DNA of 63,688 nt, the filler included, from Octopus bimaculoides (Eukaryota): the NCBI RefSeq assembly GCF_001194135.2. It is 11 parts of 9 records of this genome, joined end to end, with 100 filler letters (N's around TTAATTAATTAA, not from the genome) between each part and the next. Parts side by side here need not be neighbours in the genome. Positions count along the whole stretch, not along the records: positions 1 to 13,192 come from NC_068989.1; 10 more parts are not named here. One strand, 5' to 3'. The position numbers were made by a program, and so were the translations under genes. A model generated the notes under the pieces. It was not told where the DNA came from, did not search any database, and saw only the letters and a list, made by a program, of their open reading frames with translations. Of the stretch, positions 1 to 11,625 are shown piece after piece. Each line of letters starts with the position of its first letter. Position 1 is the stretch's first letter.

Positions 1-35
1 GGGAGTTTGATCTGCAGAGGTCATTATTATTATTA

Positions 36-183
36 TTCAGATTAACACCCGCACGATTTTCACTAGGGTGTTAGGGTTACGGTTTTTGGGTCAGGGTTAC
101 GGTTTTAGGGTTACGATGAGGGTTAGTCTTACGGTTACGGTTTTAGGGTTAGGGTTACGTAATCGTGCGGGTGTTAATCTGAA
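36..183. mobile_element. Short foldback/MITE-like element: perfect 23-bp inverted repeats enclosing degenerate telomere-like repeats
   Basis: TTCAGATTAACACCCGCACGATT (36-58) is the exact reverse complement of 161-183. The interior contains TTAGGG at 71, 105, 143 and 149 plus TTAGGGTTACGG-like variants. Confidence 0.7.
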
Positions 184-218
184 AAATCACCGAAATGTGA
201 AGACTACCGACCCTCCCA

Positions 219-766
219 TCTGTTATAACTTTTGTTGTTCTGTTTAATATGTACATAGATTATGCCTCCAAACAAGAGAGCTTGCTGGGGAAAGAAAGCA
301 ACCGGTTTAAAAAGGCAGCAACATACTGCAGCAATTCACTACATTCCAGAAGCTACTTTGAGCATAATGCAAAATGGTGCATCATCATCTATTGCCCAAT
401 CTGATAGAATTCTGGCAGAACTGTGTAGCAACAGATCGCCAGCAATTGCTTCATCAGAAATTGCCGTCCTACCTCCTGCGAAAAGGAATTACCCTGCTAT
501 GTATAATCAAGGCAGCGCAAAAAGTTGTTTTGCACAAGCATTTGTATAGCCAATTAGACGGATAAAATTTACGTACACTTAATAATGTTACACAAAACAG
601 CCTTCAGACTTTCCCTATTAATTTCGTCTTTTGAATTATGAACATATTTACACCATAAGGGTTTTTTCATCGCAAGGCTTTCTTTTTTAGTTGATTTTCA
701 CCTAGCAAGACTTATCATAGATGGCGTAATAAGTCACACCCGGACAACGTCGGGTTATACTGCTAG
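219..766 (+). mobile_element. Helitron remnant (3' terminus clear, 5' limit uncertain)
   Basis: GC-rich hairpin ACCCGGACAACGTCGGGT (738-755), then TATACTG-CTAG (763-766) followed by T, which is the canonical Helitron 3' end. A candidate A|TC 5' end lies at 218-220. The enclosed 95-aa ORF (262-549, MPPNKR...) is not recognised. Confidence 0.5.
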
Positions 767-786
767 TATATAATAGAAAGCAAGTC

Positions 787-962
787 CAATCTGGTTTCAT
801 ATTTTGGTACAAGGCCAGAAAGTTCGGGGGAGGTGGTAAGTCGATTACATCAATCCCAGTGCTCAACTGGAACTTATTAATCGATCCTGAAAAATAAAAG
901 GCAAAGTCGACCTTGGTGGAATTTGAGCTCAGAAGATAGAAAACAAACGAAATATCGCTAAA
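787..962 (-). mobile_element. tRNA-derived SINE, family B (partial)
   Basis: Homologous to 1312-1528, 25140-25245, 50735-50842 and 56365-56490. Shared core GGTCGACTTTGCCTTT...GATAAATTAAGTACCAG. Confidence 0.8.
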
Positions 963-1020
963 CACACACACACACACACATATATATCTGTGTTTGTGTG
1001 TGTGTGTGTGTATGTGTATG

Positions 1021-1228
1021 TGTGTATATCGTTGTCTTTGTCCCCACCGCTTGATAACCGGTGTTGGCTTGTTTACGTCACCGTAACTTAGAGGTTCGGC
1101 CAAAACTCCTATAAATACCAGGCGTTTAAAAAAGTAAATTCTAGGGTAAATGTTTTCGACTAAAACATTCAAGGCAGTGCTCCAGCATGGCCGCAGTCCA
1201 ATGCCCGAAACAAGTAAAAGATAAAAAA
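1021..1228 (+). mobile_element. SINE family A, 3' half
   Basis: Matches the 3' half of 60380-60884 (GTCCCC..CGCTTGA..AACCG, GCTCCAGCATGGCCGCAGTC, GAAACAAGTAAAAGA tail). Confidence 0.8.
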
Positions 1229-1311
1229 TAAATATAATTACGAAATGAAATAAACGCGTAAATGTTCCAAAACAACAATTACATGCTATCATTAGATAAG
1301 TCTGATATTGT

Positions 1312-1528
1312 ATTGGTTTCAAATTTTGGCACAAGGCCAGCAAATTCGGAGGAGGGGTAAGTCGATTACATCGATCCCAGTGTTCAACTGGTACTTATTG
1401 TATCGACCACAAATGGACGAAAGGCAAAGTCGACCTCAGCGGAATTTGAATTCAGAACGTAAGAACGAAGGAAATACCGCTAAGCATTTTACTCAGGATG
1501 CTAACGATTCTGCCATTTCGCCACCTTA
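1312..1528 (-). mobile_element. tRNA-derived SINE, family B (near full length)
   Basis: Minus strand reads GGTGGCGAAATGGCAGAATCGTTAGC (A-box-like) ... GAATTCAAATTCC (B-box-like), then the conserved core, ending TGTGCCAAAATTTGAAACCAAT. Confidence 0.85.
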
Positions 1529-2271
1529 GCCTGATATTATATTAAGTTACATTCTGTAATAGGAATTAAAATCTATGAAGCTGTTCGTCACCATCTCTGA
1601 CTTAAGATTTTTGGTCGGAGATAGGACGTAGCTATGTGGTAAAATATTTTGACTGCTCAATATTTATCCTTACTGAGTAAAATCTTATTAGTTTGAATGA
1701 AGTTCCTCGTTTGATAAACACTTAAATGTTAAAGAAATCAAGCTCCCTCGTGGACGAATGTTTCTGCGATCGCCCGTCTTTTTTATTTCATATTTCCTGT
1801 AAAACAATGTCAATAGATAACTTAGAAAAAACTTAACGTTGGCTAAAATGTATTTATTGTTTATGAGATTTATCATTAAGATACAAAAATATAGAAATGG
1901 CGTCGAAAGATAATGACAGAAAAACAAAACAATGCAAGAATGCAGAATAGTTAACTCGAACTAAATTTGAAATTTCATTGTATGTTTTAGAAAAAGATTG
2001 ATGCAGATGATGTGAAAAGAAAATGCTTTATATTATATATATAATACAAAATAGTAAGTTTAAGTGTGGACTGGAATTGTCATCTTATGGTTTACACTGA
2101 GCAATAAATAAATAATTGATTACTAGAGGCTAAACAATGAAAGGAAAATAGAATATCATGTGAATGATTCGAAAATATAATTTATATCTGCAGATGAATA
2201 CATGGCTGCAGGTATAGAAATATATACATTATATATATGTGTGTGTTTGTGCACGCATTTGCAAATTCTTT

Positions 2272-2610
2272 TATTCCTTTATTCTTTTACGTGTTTCAGT
2301 TATTTGACTGAGGTCATGCCGGAGTACCATCTTAAAGGGTTTTAAGTCGAAGAAATCGACCCCAGGACTTATTCTTTGTAAGCCTAGCACTTCTTCTGAC
2401 CTATCGATCATATGAATACTGCCGTACTGGGGCACCACTTTGAAGAAGTTTTAGTCTAATTAGTCAACCCCAGTTCTTACTGTCTTTTTTTAAAGTCTGG
2501 TACTTATTCAATAGGTCTCTTTCGTTAAATACAGATGTAAATGCACCAAGACCGGTTGTCAAGCGGTAGTGGGAGACAAACACAGACACACAGGCACACA
2601 CCAGCACACG

Positions 2611-2677
<67 letters not shown>

Positions 2678-2818
2678 TGTATAGGTCGGGCTCCTTTCAG
2701 TTTTCGTCTACCAAATCCACTCACAAGGCTTTGGTCAACCCGAAACTATAGTAGAAGACATCTGACCAGAGTGCCATGCAGTGGGACTAAACCCAGAACC
2801 ATGTGGCTGGGAAACACA
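2272..2818 (-). mobile_element. SINE family A with central (CA)n
   Basis: Collinear with 60380-60884: tRNA-like head, GTGAGTGGATTTGGTAGACG, central microsatellite, GGACTTATTCTTTGTAAGCC. Confidence 0.85.
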
Positions 2819-2834
2819 ATCACGCTTGCACCCA

Positions 2835-2835
<1 letters not shown>

Positions 2836-2897
<62 letters not shown>

Positions 2898-3007
2898 ACG
2901 TATATACATATACGTATATACTTATATATTCATATGCATATTCATAACTTTCATAAAATATTGTATGGTATACATACATGAATATAAACGTAAGTTCATA
3001 GTACATA

Positions 3008-3090
<83 letters not shown>

Positions 3091-3416
3091 ACACACAAAT
3101 TTATATATAATTATTTATTGATGTGGTTCCCTTTAACACAGGAGTAAGACTATCCATTGTGCTGATCTGCATGTATACATCAGATTTTGACATGTAACAT
3201 TATTTTTATTTATATCTGCTGATAAATGGAAAGTTATTGACACACATTCATACATATATACTCATGCATAATTACGTATGTATGTATGTATGTATGTATG
3301 TATGTATGTATGTATGTATGTATGTATGTGTGTATGTATGTATGTCTGTGTGTGTGTATGTATGTATGTATGTATGTATGTATGTGTCTATCTATATGTA
3401 AGTATCAAAGCTATCT

Positions 3417-3448
<32 letters not shown>

Positions 3449-3450
3449 TG
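2836..3450. repeat. Compound microsatellites (TATC)n, (TGTC)n, (TATG)n, (TA)n
   Basis: Directly visible tandem arrays. They explain the YLSI/VCMY ORFs in this interval. Confidence 0.95.
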
Positions 3451-4697
3451 GGTCATTCCATAAATAATGCAGTTTTTAATACTATTTTATTTTTCAAAAT
3501 TAAGATGATTTTTTTTAAAATCTAAAATATACTCTCCTTCATTTTCTACAATGCTTTTCCATCTATCTGATAGACTTGCAAGGCCCTTCTTCCAAAATTC
3601 ACTTTTCCGTGACGAAAAATATTCCTCCAGTATTGTTCTAACCTCGTCTACAGAATTCATATTTTTTCCGTCCAAATGATTTTGAAGACTGCAGAATATA
3701 TGATAATTAAATAGAGCATTATCCGACGAATATGATGGGTGGGGCATCATTTCCCATTCAAACTGCTCCAGCCTTTGGAATGTCATCCTCACTGTATGTG
3801 GAAGAACACCTTGAAACCAAAGATGGTCGTTTTCTTTCTAGCGCTGACTTAAGCCGCTCAAGCTGCTCGTAGTAGATCACCTTTTTTACCGTTTGGCTTG
3901 GGTTTAAAAGTTCAAAATGGACTAAACCTTTAATTTCCCACCAAACAGATAACAACACATTACATGGGTGAAGACCTTATTTAGCCTGGGGTGACGGTGT
4001 TTCTACTTTTCCTACTCACTGTCTTCGGTGCTTGATATTTTTATAGAAGAGCCATTTGTCGTCACCAGTCACTATTCGGTCCAAAAAAGGTTCATTGGTG
4101 AGAAATGAACCTTTTGCTGCAAAGAAGAGCACACATTCACTCTCTGCGCACGATTAGACTCGGAAACTTTGTGAAGAATCCATTGACCCAATTTGCTGAC
4201 TTTTCTGGTGGTACGCAGGTGTCTATGAATGAAGGAATGCCCGAATCCCAGCTTTTCTACTAGTTCCTCAACAGTTCCGATGGGATTTTGTTTCACCGGG
4301 GGTTTGCAGGACATCATCGTCGAGCTCTACAAATCTATCAGAACGAGGCTCGTCTTCTAGGCTGTAGTTTCCGACTCGGAATTTCTGGAATCACTGTTGA
4401 CACTGGCTTACGTTTATTATCCGATTAATATTACTCGCACTTTCCTTTGCGTTGTTGCCTTTATTGAACTCATAAAGCAAAATATGCCGAATAAGCTTCT
4501 TTGTCGCTTCCATTATAGCTTTGAAAAAATAACTGCTAAAATCGAAGAGCACTCTTCAAAACTTGCACTAAGAATAAATACAGGGTAAAATTACTACCTG
4601 CTTTTATAGCAAGTTGATGTCGATAGTTTATATCCCGCCTCCACCGACGTTTAGTTGATGCAATTGAAAAAACCGCATTATTTATGGGATGACCTAA
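3448..4697 (-). mobile_element. Full-length decayed mariner (Tc1/mariner, DD34D-type) transposon
   Basis: ~30-bp TIRs TTGGGTCATTCCATAAATAATGCAGTTTT (3448) and AAAACCGCATTATTTATGGGATGACCTAA (to 4697), with TA on both flanks; 1250 bp. Minus-strand fragments: RHILLYEFNKGNN, LGQWILHKVSE (WVPHEL-like), WWEIKGLVHFELL, HPSYSSDNALFNYHIF (YSPDLAP-like). Frameshifts and stops are present. Confidence 0.93.
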
Positions 4698-5478
4698 TAT
4701 ATATATATGAGTATGTGTGTGCTTAGAGAGAGAGAGAGAGAGAGTGAGAGAGAATGAGAGGGAGAGAGAGTGATAGAGAGAGTGATAGAGAGAGATTTAT
4801 GTCGATAAANNNNNNNNNNNNNNNNNNNNNNNNNNNNNNNNNNNNNNNNNNNNNNNNNNNNNNNNNNNNNNNNNNNNNNNNNNNNNNNNNNNNNNNNNNN
4901 NNNNNNNNNNNNNNNNNNNNNNNNNNNNNNNNNNNNNNNNNNNNNNNNNNNNNNNNNNNNNNNNNNNNNNNNNNNNNNNNNNNNNNNNNNNNNNNNNNNN
5001 NNNNNNNNNNNNNNNNNNNNNNNNNNNNNNNNNNNNNNNNNNNNNNNNNNNNNNNNNNNNNNNNNNNNNNNNNNNNNNNNNNNNNNNNNNNNNNNNNNNN
5101 NNNNNNNNNNNNNNNNNNNNNNNNNNNNNNNNNNNNNNNNNNNNNNNNNNNNNNNNNNNNNNNNNNNNNNNNNNNNNNNNNNNNNNNNNNNNNNNNNNNN
5201 NNNNNNNNNNNNNNNNNNNNNNNNNNNNNNNNNNNTATATATATATATGCATGTATACCCAGTCAATTTGAGGATGTTAGATCGACATTAGGGATTATAT
5301 AATCCCCAAAAATTTCACTGGTTAATCACTATCATATAAAGAAAAAGTATCTCCGATATGTTAGGGATTATTGTAGTAATACATATTATTATTGAAAAAA
5401 AGAAAATAGAGAAAGATGGATGTATGAATAATTTATTTGTATGTTATAAAGATGTTGAACTTTTTTAAAAATAACAAT

Positions 5479-5680
5479 AGGCGCAGGAGTGGCTGTGTGG
5501 TAAGTAGCTTGCTTACCAACCACATGGTTCCGGGTTCAGTCCCACTGCGTGGCACCTTGGGCAAGTGTNNNNNNNNNNGCTTACAAAGAATAAGTTCTGG
5601 GGTCGATTTCTCGACTAAAGGTGGTGCTCCAGCATGGCCGCAGTCAAATGACTGAAACAAGTAAAAGGGTAAAAGGGTAA
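5479..5680 (+). mobile_element. SINE family A (young; middle replaced by a 10-N gap)
   Basis: A-box-like TGGCTGTGTGG (5490-5500), B-box-like GGTTCAGTCCC (5533-5543), and a 3' end matching 60380-60480. Confidence 0.9.
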
Positions 5681-5758
5681 TATAAATAAATTATAATTTG
5701 TGAAGCTAAAAAAGAAATGAGAGGTGCGAAAAAGTCCTACATATGTGTTTCAGTTCTA

Positions 5759-6033
5759 GCCCCTAGTTGATATGTAATTCTAAGGATTTGGTTATATGCT
5801 AAGAATGGTGCCATTTTTAGCTATATGGTGGAGAACGTCTTCAGGGTTATTTTGAGCTCATAGAACAAAAGTAATCTATTTGGTAGACGAAAAGGATGCA
5901 TACAAAATACTAAAGGATGCATACAAAATTGTATTTTGTATGCATCCTTTCAAGAAAAATGTTCTGTAAACTCATATAAACCCTGTTCTTCCCCATATAG
6001 TTAGAAATGATAGCATTATTAGCATATAGGGGC
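5759..6033. mobile_element. TA-flanked palindromic (foldback) MITE
   Basis: TA|GCCCCT...AGGGGC|TA. The arms align along their length (ATATGCTAA, CTATATGG..AGAAC, CAGGGTT, AAAGGATGCATACAAAATAC / GTATTTTGTATGCATCCTTT). The left arm has a ~28-bp insertion and the centre an 18-bp direct duplication. Confidence 0.7.
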
Positions 6034-6312
6034 TATTTTAGAAAATTTCAACATTTTTATCTCATACAAATAAATTATACCTCCATCTTTCTCCATTTTC
6101 TTTCCTTCAATACACACACACATACATGCATATATATACATGTGTGTATATATATGTATATATATGTGTGTGTGTGTGTGTGTGCATGTATGTGTGTATA
6201 GATGTAAACAGAAAGAACGTAAAGACTGAAGATTTTCAGACGCTGAGTGTTTAATTATGAATATGTAGATATTTATATATCAATAGATCAAGCTTGCACA
6301 AAATACAAATAG

Positions 6313-6697
6313 AAAATTAAAGTGGAAGAGGTAATGTATTACAAGTCAAACAGCTGTTTCTGTGGGCTCGGAAATCCATCATAATGTTGGCAGGTGTAGT
6401 TCACCAAAATATGCAGCCAGTAATGGAAGCAAATAAATGTCCCCCACCTACTTCCTGCCTCCAATACTTCTTGTTCTCCATATTAAACATTTGACCTTTA
6501 AACTTCTCTGCATCATGATCTGAAAATTAAAATTTTTTCTACACTGAAGCTAGAGGTTCGATTTATCCAATGTTTGTTTGCTTCCGTTACTGGCTGCATA
6601 TTTTGGTGAACTACATCTACAAACATTATGATGGATCTCCGAGCCCCCAGAAACAGCTGTCGGACTTGTAACACCTTATCACCCCACTTTAATTTTC
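6313..6697. repeat. ~125-bp inverted repeat pair with ~130-nt spacer; the arms carry a degenerate hammerhead-like core (Penelope pseudo-LTR-like)
   Basis: 6313-6438 is the reverse complement of ~6572-6697 at roughly 85% identity by eye. The right arm reads ATTATGA-TGGA..CCA-GAAAC-AGCT-GTC. Confidence 0.65.
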
Positions 6698-6803
6698 TCT
6701 CTCGTTTGTATTGTGCGTAAGTTTGATCTTGATATATTGATATCTACATATTTATACTTAAATATTCATCGTCTGAAAATCTTCAGTCTTTGCTTTCTTT
6801 CTG

Positions 6804-6847
<44 letters not shown>

Positions 6848-7467
6848 CACACATACACATACACACAAACGCACGCACACACACACGCACGCACACGCAC
6901 GCACACACACACACACACATGCACACATACACACATACGCACGCACACACATACGCACACACACCTATCTTTTACTGCTTTCAGCCATTACATCCATTCT
7001 TAGCTCGCCGGCCTTTATCTTCGTTTGTTTTTCTTGCCTTACTTTGCTGCTGTTGTTCTCCTCTACGCATGTCTTTACCTTTGGTTTCTTTGGTTTCTTC
7101 TGGTGATCTTTAGCATTCTTCTTGGACTCACAGTTGTGCAGTGTGTTGGTGTCTCTTTTGTTTTGTTCGTCCCTTTCAGCCTTGTCCTGACCCTTCTCGG
7201 ATTCTATGGAGTCACTGGCTCCTTTTTCTTTATATATATTTTGTATATCAAACTAAAGCTGCTATATTTACTTTTGATTATCCGCATAATTGTCTCCATA
7301 ACTGCTGACTTGGATTCCTCTTATAGTCACACTTCATCCACGTAATTAGTCTCTCGTAAAGACATCGGAGTCTAAGTTCGAATCATTTGAGTGTTGCTAA
7401 GCGTTTTCTATACTGAGATCTCTGGATCTCATCTGTTGACTCCCTCCCTCTCACACTCTCACTCTCT

Positions 7468-7498
<31 letters not shown>

Positions 7499-7785
7499 NN
7501 NNNNNNNNNNNNNNNNNNNNNNNNNNNNNNNNNNNNNNNNNNNNNNNNNNNNNNNNNNNNNNNNNNNNNNNNNNNNNNNNNNNNNNNNNNNNNNNNNNNN
7601 NNNNNNNNNNNNNNNNNNNNGAGTGTCGTGGATAGGGGTGGGGTATGTGGGTGTGGGGTGTGAGTGCAGGGGGTATCAGTGAAGAGAAAAGGTGGGTAGG
7701 AGTGAAGAGAGAAGATAAATTCTTGTTCACGGCGAAGGTGTGAGTTCTGATGGCCCCTGTGCAAAAACAATCCGAACACAGACAG

Positions 7786-7821
<36 letters not shown>

Positions 7822-9221
7822 TTTTAGAAAAGATAATTATGGTCGCTCTATGGGGTTCCTCATCAGGCCCTAATGGCCAGTGGCCTATAACCTCTCTTGA
7901 AAGTGGAGGAAGAAAAGAAGACCTCGTGGCTAGTTGTTGAACACACAAAGGAGGAGTTAAGTGCAAGGGGTTGTCTCCCTTAGACCGTTATGCATAATCC
8001 ACATGATCAGCTTGCGAGTACTAGGATTTCAGCAAAAATCCCCTGAAGTGTTAGCGTATGAGCGAAATAAAATTCAGAGATGAAATTACTTAAAGATTTG
8101 CAAGCTTTTCTAAATCAATTGCGATGTTGGAAACCATTCCAAAGCGTCCTATCGTCAGCAGTACATGTATATTCACATGCATGTACATACTATAACTGTA
8201 TACGTATGTGTTAGTATATCATCTATGATGTATGAATATGTGTGTTTGTGTATGCGCGCGTGCGTGCATTTGTGGGTATGTGTGTATATTGTTACATAAT
8301 ATGGCTATGGATATATGCATATGTATTTATATGCACAATCTACAATATATTAGAAGTCAGTTTGAATCTTGCTTGCTTGCAATGTTACTCAGTCAAACTG
8401 GCGCATGATGGGATAATTCTATGAATTAAGTTTACCAGGAAATGTTAATACGAACGAAATGAAACAAGTTTTGCGTAAATCGGTAAACTGGTATTCAAGA
8501 TATTAGAGATTTTCGGGGTATAAATATCCAAAACGGTGCAGAATGGGAAATTGTTCCGAAAATAATCTTCATCCTGAAAGGGGAGCAACTCTTATCTTTC
8601 TATTAGACAGTGACTTGACGACGAAAAAACACGATTTTTTTTTACAGTAAATGTTTCTATTTTTGCTTTTGTTAAGCACAATATTTAGAAATATTTTTAA
8701 GTGAATGCGATTGCAAAAATGTAAGTTGTTTGTACAGTAAATATTTATATTTTAGCTTTCTTTAAATAGACAATATTTTAATGTCTTTTAAAATTATTTT
8801 CAAGTGAACACCATTACAAAAACTTTTTTGGCATCTTAAAATATTCTAAAGTGAAAATGACTTTAAAAATACCGTAAATATTTCGTAAAAGACTCGTTTG
8901 TAACCTCAGTGTGAAGTCATTTTTCTGTAGGTTTTTTTCGAGTGCATTCAACGTATCTCACCTCCAAAGATTTGGCTGCTATTTCTAGCCCTAACTGCCA
9001 CCACGTAACAGCTATTTGCGATAAAGGACTCGAAATACCTGTTACGTAGTAACAGGGCGTGCAAGAAATAGCAGTCAAATCTTTCCATTTCTGGGGAAAA
9101 GAGCCGTTTACACGTGATTTCAATGTCACATTCGTTGAAAGCATTCAAAATAACATGGAAAAGAAAAAAAAAACCTCACGAAACAAAATTCCGTTGCTGG
9201 GAAACTTAGAGATTCCGGTTG

Positions 9222-9246
9222 ACCCAACGGGTTTCGGGTAGTCTAG
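9222..9246 (+). mobile_element. Possible Helitron 3' terminus
   Basis: ACCC-AACGGGTTTC-GGGT hairpin followed by AGT-CTAG|T. Confidence 0.4.
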
Positions 9247-9310
9247 TATTATTTATTCAGTGCAATGAAATATATGCGCATATATGAGTACGTATATATA
9301 TATATATATG

Positions 9311-9541
9311 GTACACGGAAAGGATGCCGAATGCACATTTGCCGAAACCGAAGCCAAGAAGCCGAACGGACATAGAGCGGAATGGTCAAGATGCCGAAAA
9401 GACATACGAAAATTAAAATTTAATCTCGTTAAATCTTAAGTGCCAAATTGGTGAATTGATCATTAAACTATGTAGGTAGGGATTTTTTTTTATTATTGTG
9501 TTCGTTCCGCTTTATGTCCGTTCGGCATCCTGTCCGCGCAC
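9311..9541. mobile_element. MITE with modular GCCGAA/TTCGGC subterminal repeats
   Basis: 21-bp TIRs (9311-9331 / 9521-9541, 18/21 match) plus a second inverted pair GCCGAACGGACATAGAGCGGAA (9361-9382) / 9505-9526 (1 mismatch). No clear TSD. Confidence 0.7.
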
Positions 9542-10401
9542 AATACATATATATATATATGTATGTTTGTACGTGTGTGTGTGTGTACGTGTGTGTGTAC
9601 GTTTATAGGTACTTATATATGTACATATATATGTATATATGTTCATATATTTATATATGTATGTATATTCAAATATTTATATATATATATATATATATAT
9701 ATGCATATNNNNNNNNNNATATATATACATATATATAGTCACATATTCATATAATTATAAATATACTGACACACGCACGTATACACATTCAGATCTAACA
9801 TTACTGACAAATACATACAAATATTGTCACATACTGCTACATACACACGCTCTCACACACATATATGTATGAGTTATAATTACACATCATCTACGAGATA
9901 CCCAACGTTCTCTACTGAAGCACACATATGCACATATCTACAACATATTCCTATGTATATGCTTCTAACCTATATACGTCTACACAGAATTAGACTTATA
10001 AATATAACCAAATACGTTACAGAATCTGTCAGATGACACAATCTTTAACATAAGACAAACTAATCTAAACCGTTAATACAATTTATAAAGGCGAAGAGCT
10101 CTCTTGTGTTTGAACTCACGTTTTGTTTAATGAATTTTCATACTAAACCTTTGTCAATTTATTTATCAGTTTTTCTCCAGATATGTTGGAATAGATTTCT
10201 TACGGCAGGATGGAATTGCTTACTCTTGCATTTAATTACTTGCTAGGTCGTCTTTATATATTTTCAGGAATTTGTAAAATGTAGAATAAATCATTTGCGA
10301 AATAACGTTGAATCCACTCCGCCTATCACAGCAACATGCAGCGGTTGTAGAGCTCCTAATTTCTCGCTGAACTGAGTTCATAATAACGAATCTCATTTTC
10401 C

Positions 10402-10403
<2 letters not shown>

Positions 10404-10465
<62 letters not shown>

Positions 10466-10466
10466 G
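10404..10466. repeat. (TTA)n microsatellite
   Basis: Visible array. Similar arrays occur at 11530-11625, 12765-12808, 30840-30952, 46728-46758 and 61665-61752 (CTA/TAA). Confidence 0.95.
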
Positions 10467-10574
10467 TTTATCATTTTACTCATTTGACAAAATCAAGCTC
10501 ATTGACGAAAATAGTTATCTCTCATTTCCCCTCATCTTGTAATTTCTGATGTGTCGTTCGATGTTATTATTATT

Positions 10575-11157
10575 ATTGTTGTTATTATCATTGAGTGAGA
10601 CAGCAGCGCATGCCATGTAAGTGTCACATGTAAGTGACACAGCGCATGCCATGTAAGTGACGCTCAATATACCCACCATGACTACCCGTCTGATAAGGGT
10701 GCACCAGGTACCTGCATCACAACCATGTCTGCGCGGCATGATGATCTCATATCCAGATAAACAGCGCATGACCTAGCAGGTGGGGCCCAGTTAGAATTTT
10801 GTTCAGGTAGAGTAGACCATCTCGCTCAAAAGGTCTCGAATAAGGTTTGTTTTAAGGATGATGAACAAAACCTTCATGTTTCCAGATGTGAATTATTCAA
10901 ACCCCAAAGAATTCCTCTCAACACATGGCTATGATGCTCCCCTACTACTCCTGCGCGTGATCAGAGATGCACGTATCGTCAGCCACTAAGGGACATGCTC
11001 AACTGGTTAAGGTCAAACAACTGACAAGCAAACCTGTGGTATTGAGCAGAATATTTGCTGTAATTCCATCTTTTATACCAAGACAAAACATGGTAACACT
11101 TTGAGCCAGTTAAGATCGGAAGCCATGAGAGCCACTGTCTGGTACTGCATTAAGGAT
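10575..11157 (-). mobile_element. Unclassified interspersed repeat (probably a retroposon) ending in an AAT/AAC tail
   Basis: Non-coding block of higher GC content. It terminates in (AAT/AAC)n on the minus strand and has a short internal duplication (CAGCGCATGCCATGTAAGTG x2). It resembles an abundant octopus repeat, from memory only. Confidence 0.45.
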
Positions 11158-11163
11158 TATTAT

Positions 11164-11532
11164 TGTTACCTCTGCCTTAGCGAAGTCGAAGGTATTGTTT
11201 TCAGTCGTGTTTGTTTGTCCGTGGACAAGATATTTCACGAACCGCTGGATGCATTCTCATGAAACTCTCAGGAATGTTTGGCCTTGTGACTGGCACGAAC
11301 TGGTTAGATTTTGGGATTGATCTGGTACCGGACAAAGAATCTGGATTATTTTTCCTGTTTTTTTTTTTACTTAATTTTTGAGAACTGTCGAGTTCATATT
11401 TAGTATTTTCCTTTGTGAGAGCAGTTGAGTTTATTTCAGATATTCTCATTTAAAAAAATTATCCCTGGCTAATCGTTGAGAGGATGTTGGTGTTGCCTTG
11501 TTGGAGGTTTGCGCTCTCTGAGTGCTCTTGTT
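11164..11532 (+). mobile_element. Non-autonomous Helentron (HINE/DINE-1-like) element
   Basis: 5' subTIR ACCTCTGCCTTAG (11168-11180), short (TGTT)n tract, 3' subTIR CCTTGTTGGAGGT (11496-11508), terminal hairpin GCGCTC-TCT-GAGTGC (11511-11525); inserted in TT/TTA context. Confidence 0.75.
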
Positions 11533-11551
11533 ATTATTATTATTATTATTA

Positions 11552-11625
<74 letters not shown>

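Noticed and set aside
2464-3525. ORFs rich in HT/CV/YI/YLSI dipeptides here and throughout the window
   Set aside because: They are translations of (CA)n, (TA)n, (TATC)n and (TATG)n microsatellites, with no domain content.
5479-5560. tRNA-like heads with A and B boxes (also 24626, 34673, 60800-60884)
   Set aside because: They continue into SINE bodies and lack a complete cloverleaf and acceptor stem, so they are not tRNA genes.
7025-7345. Hydrophobic 106-aa plus-strand ORF resembling a membrane protein
   Set aside because: It is the antisense reading of a purine-rich minus strand; T-rich sequence gives hydrophobic residues by composition.
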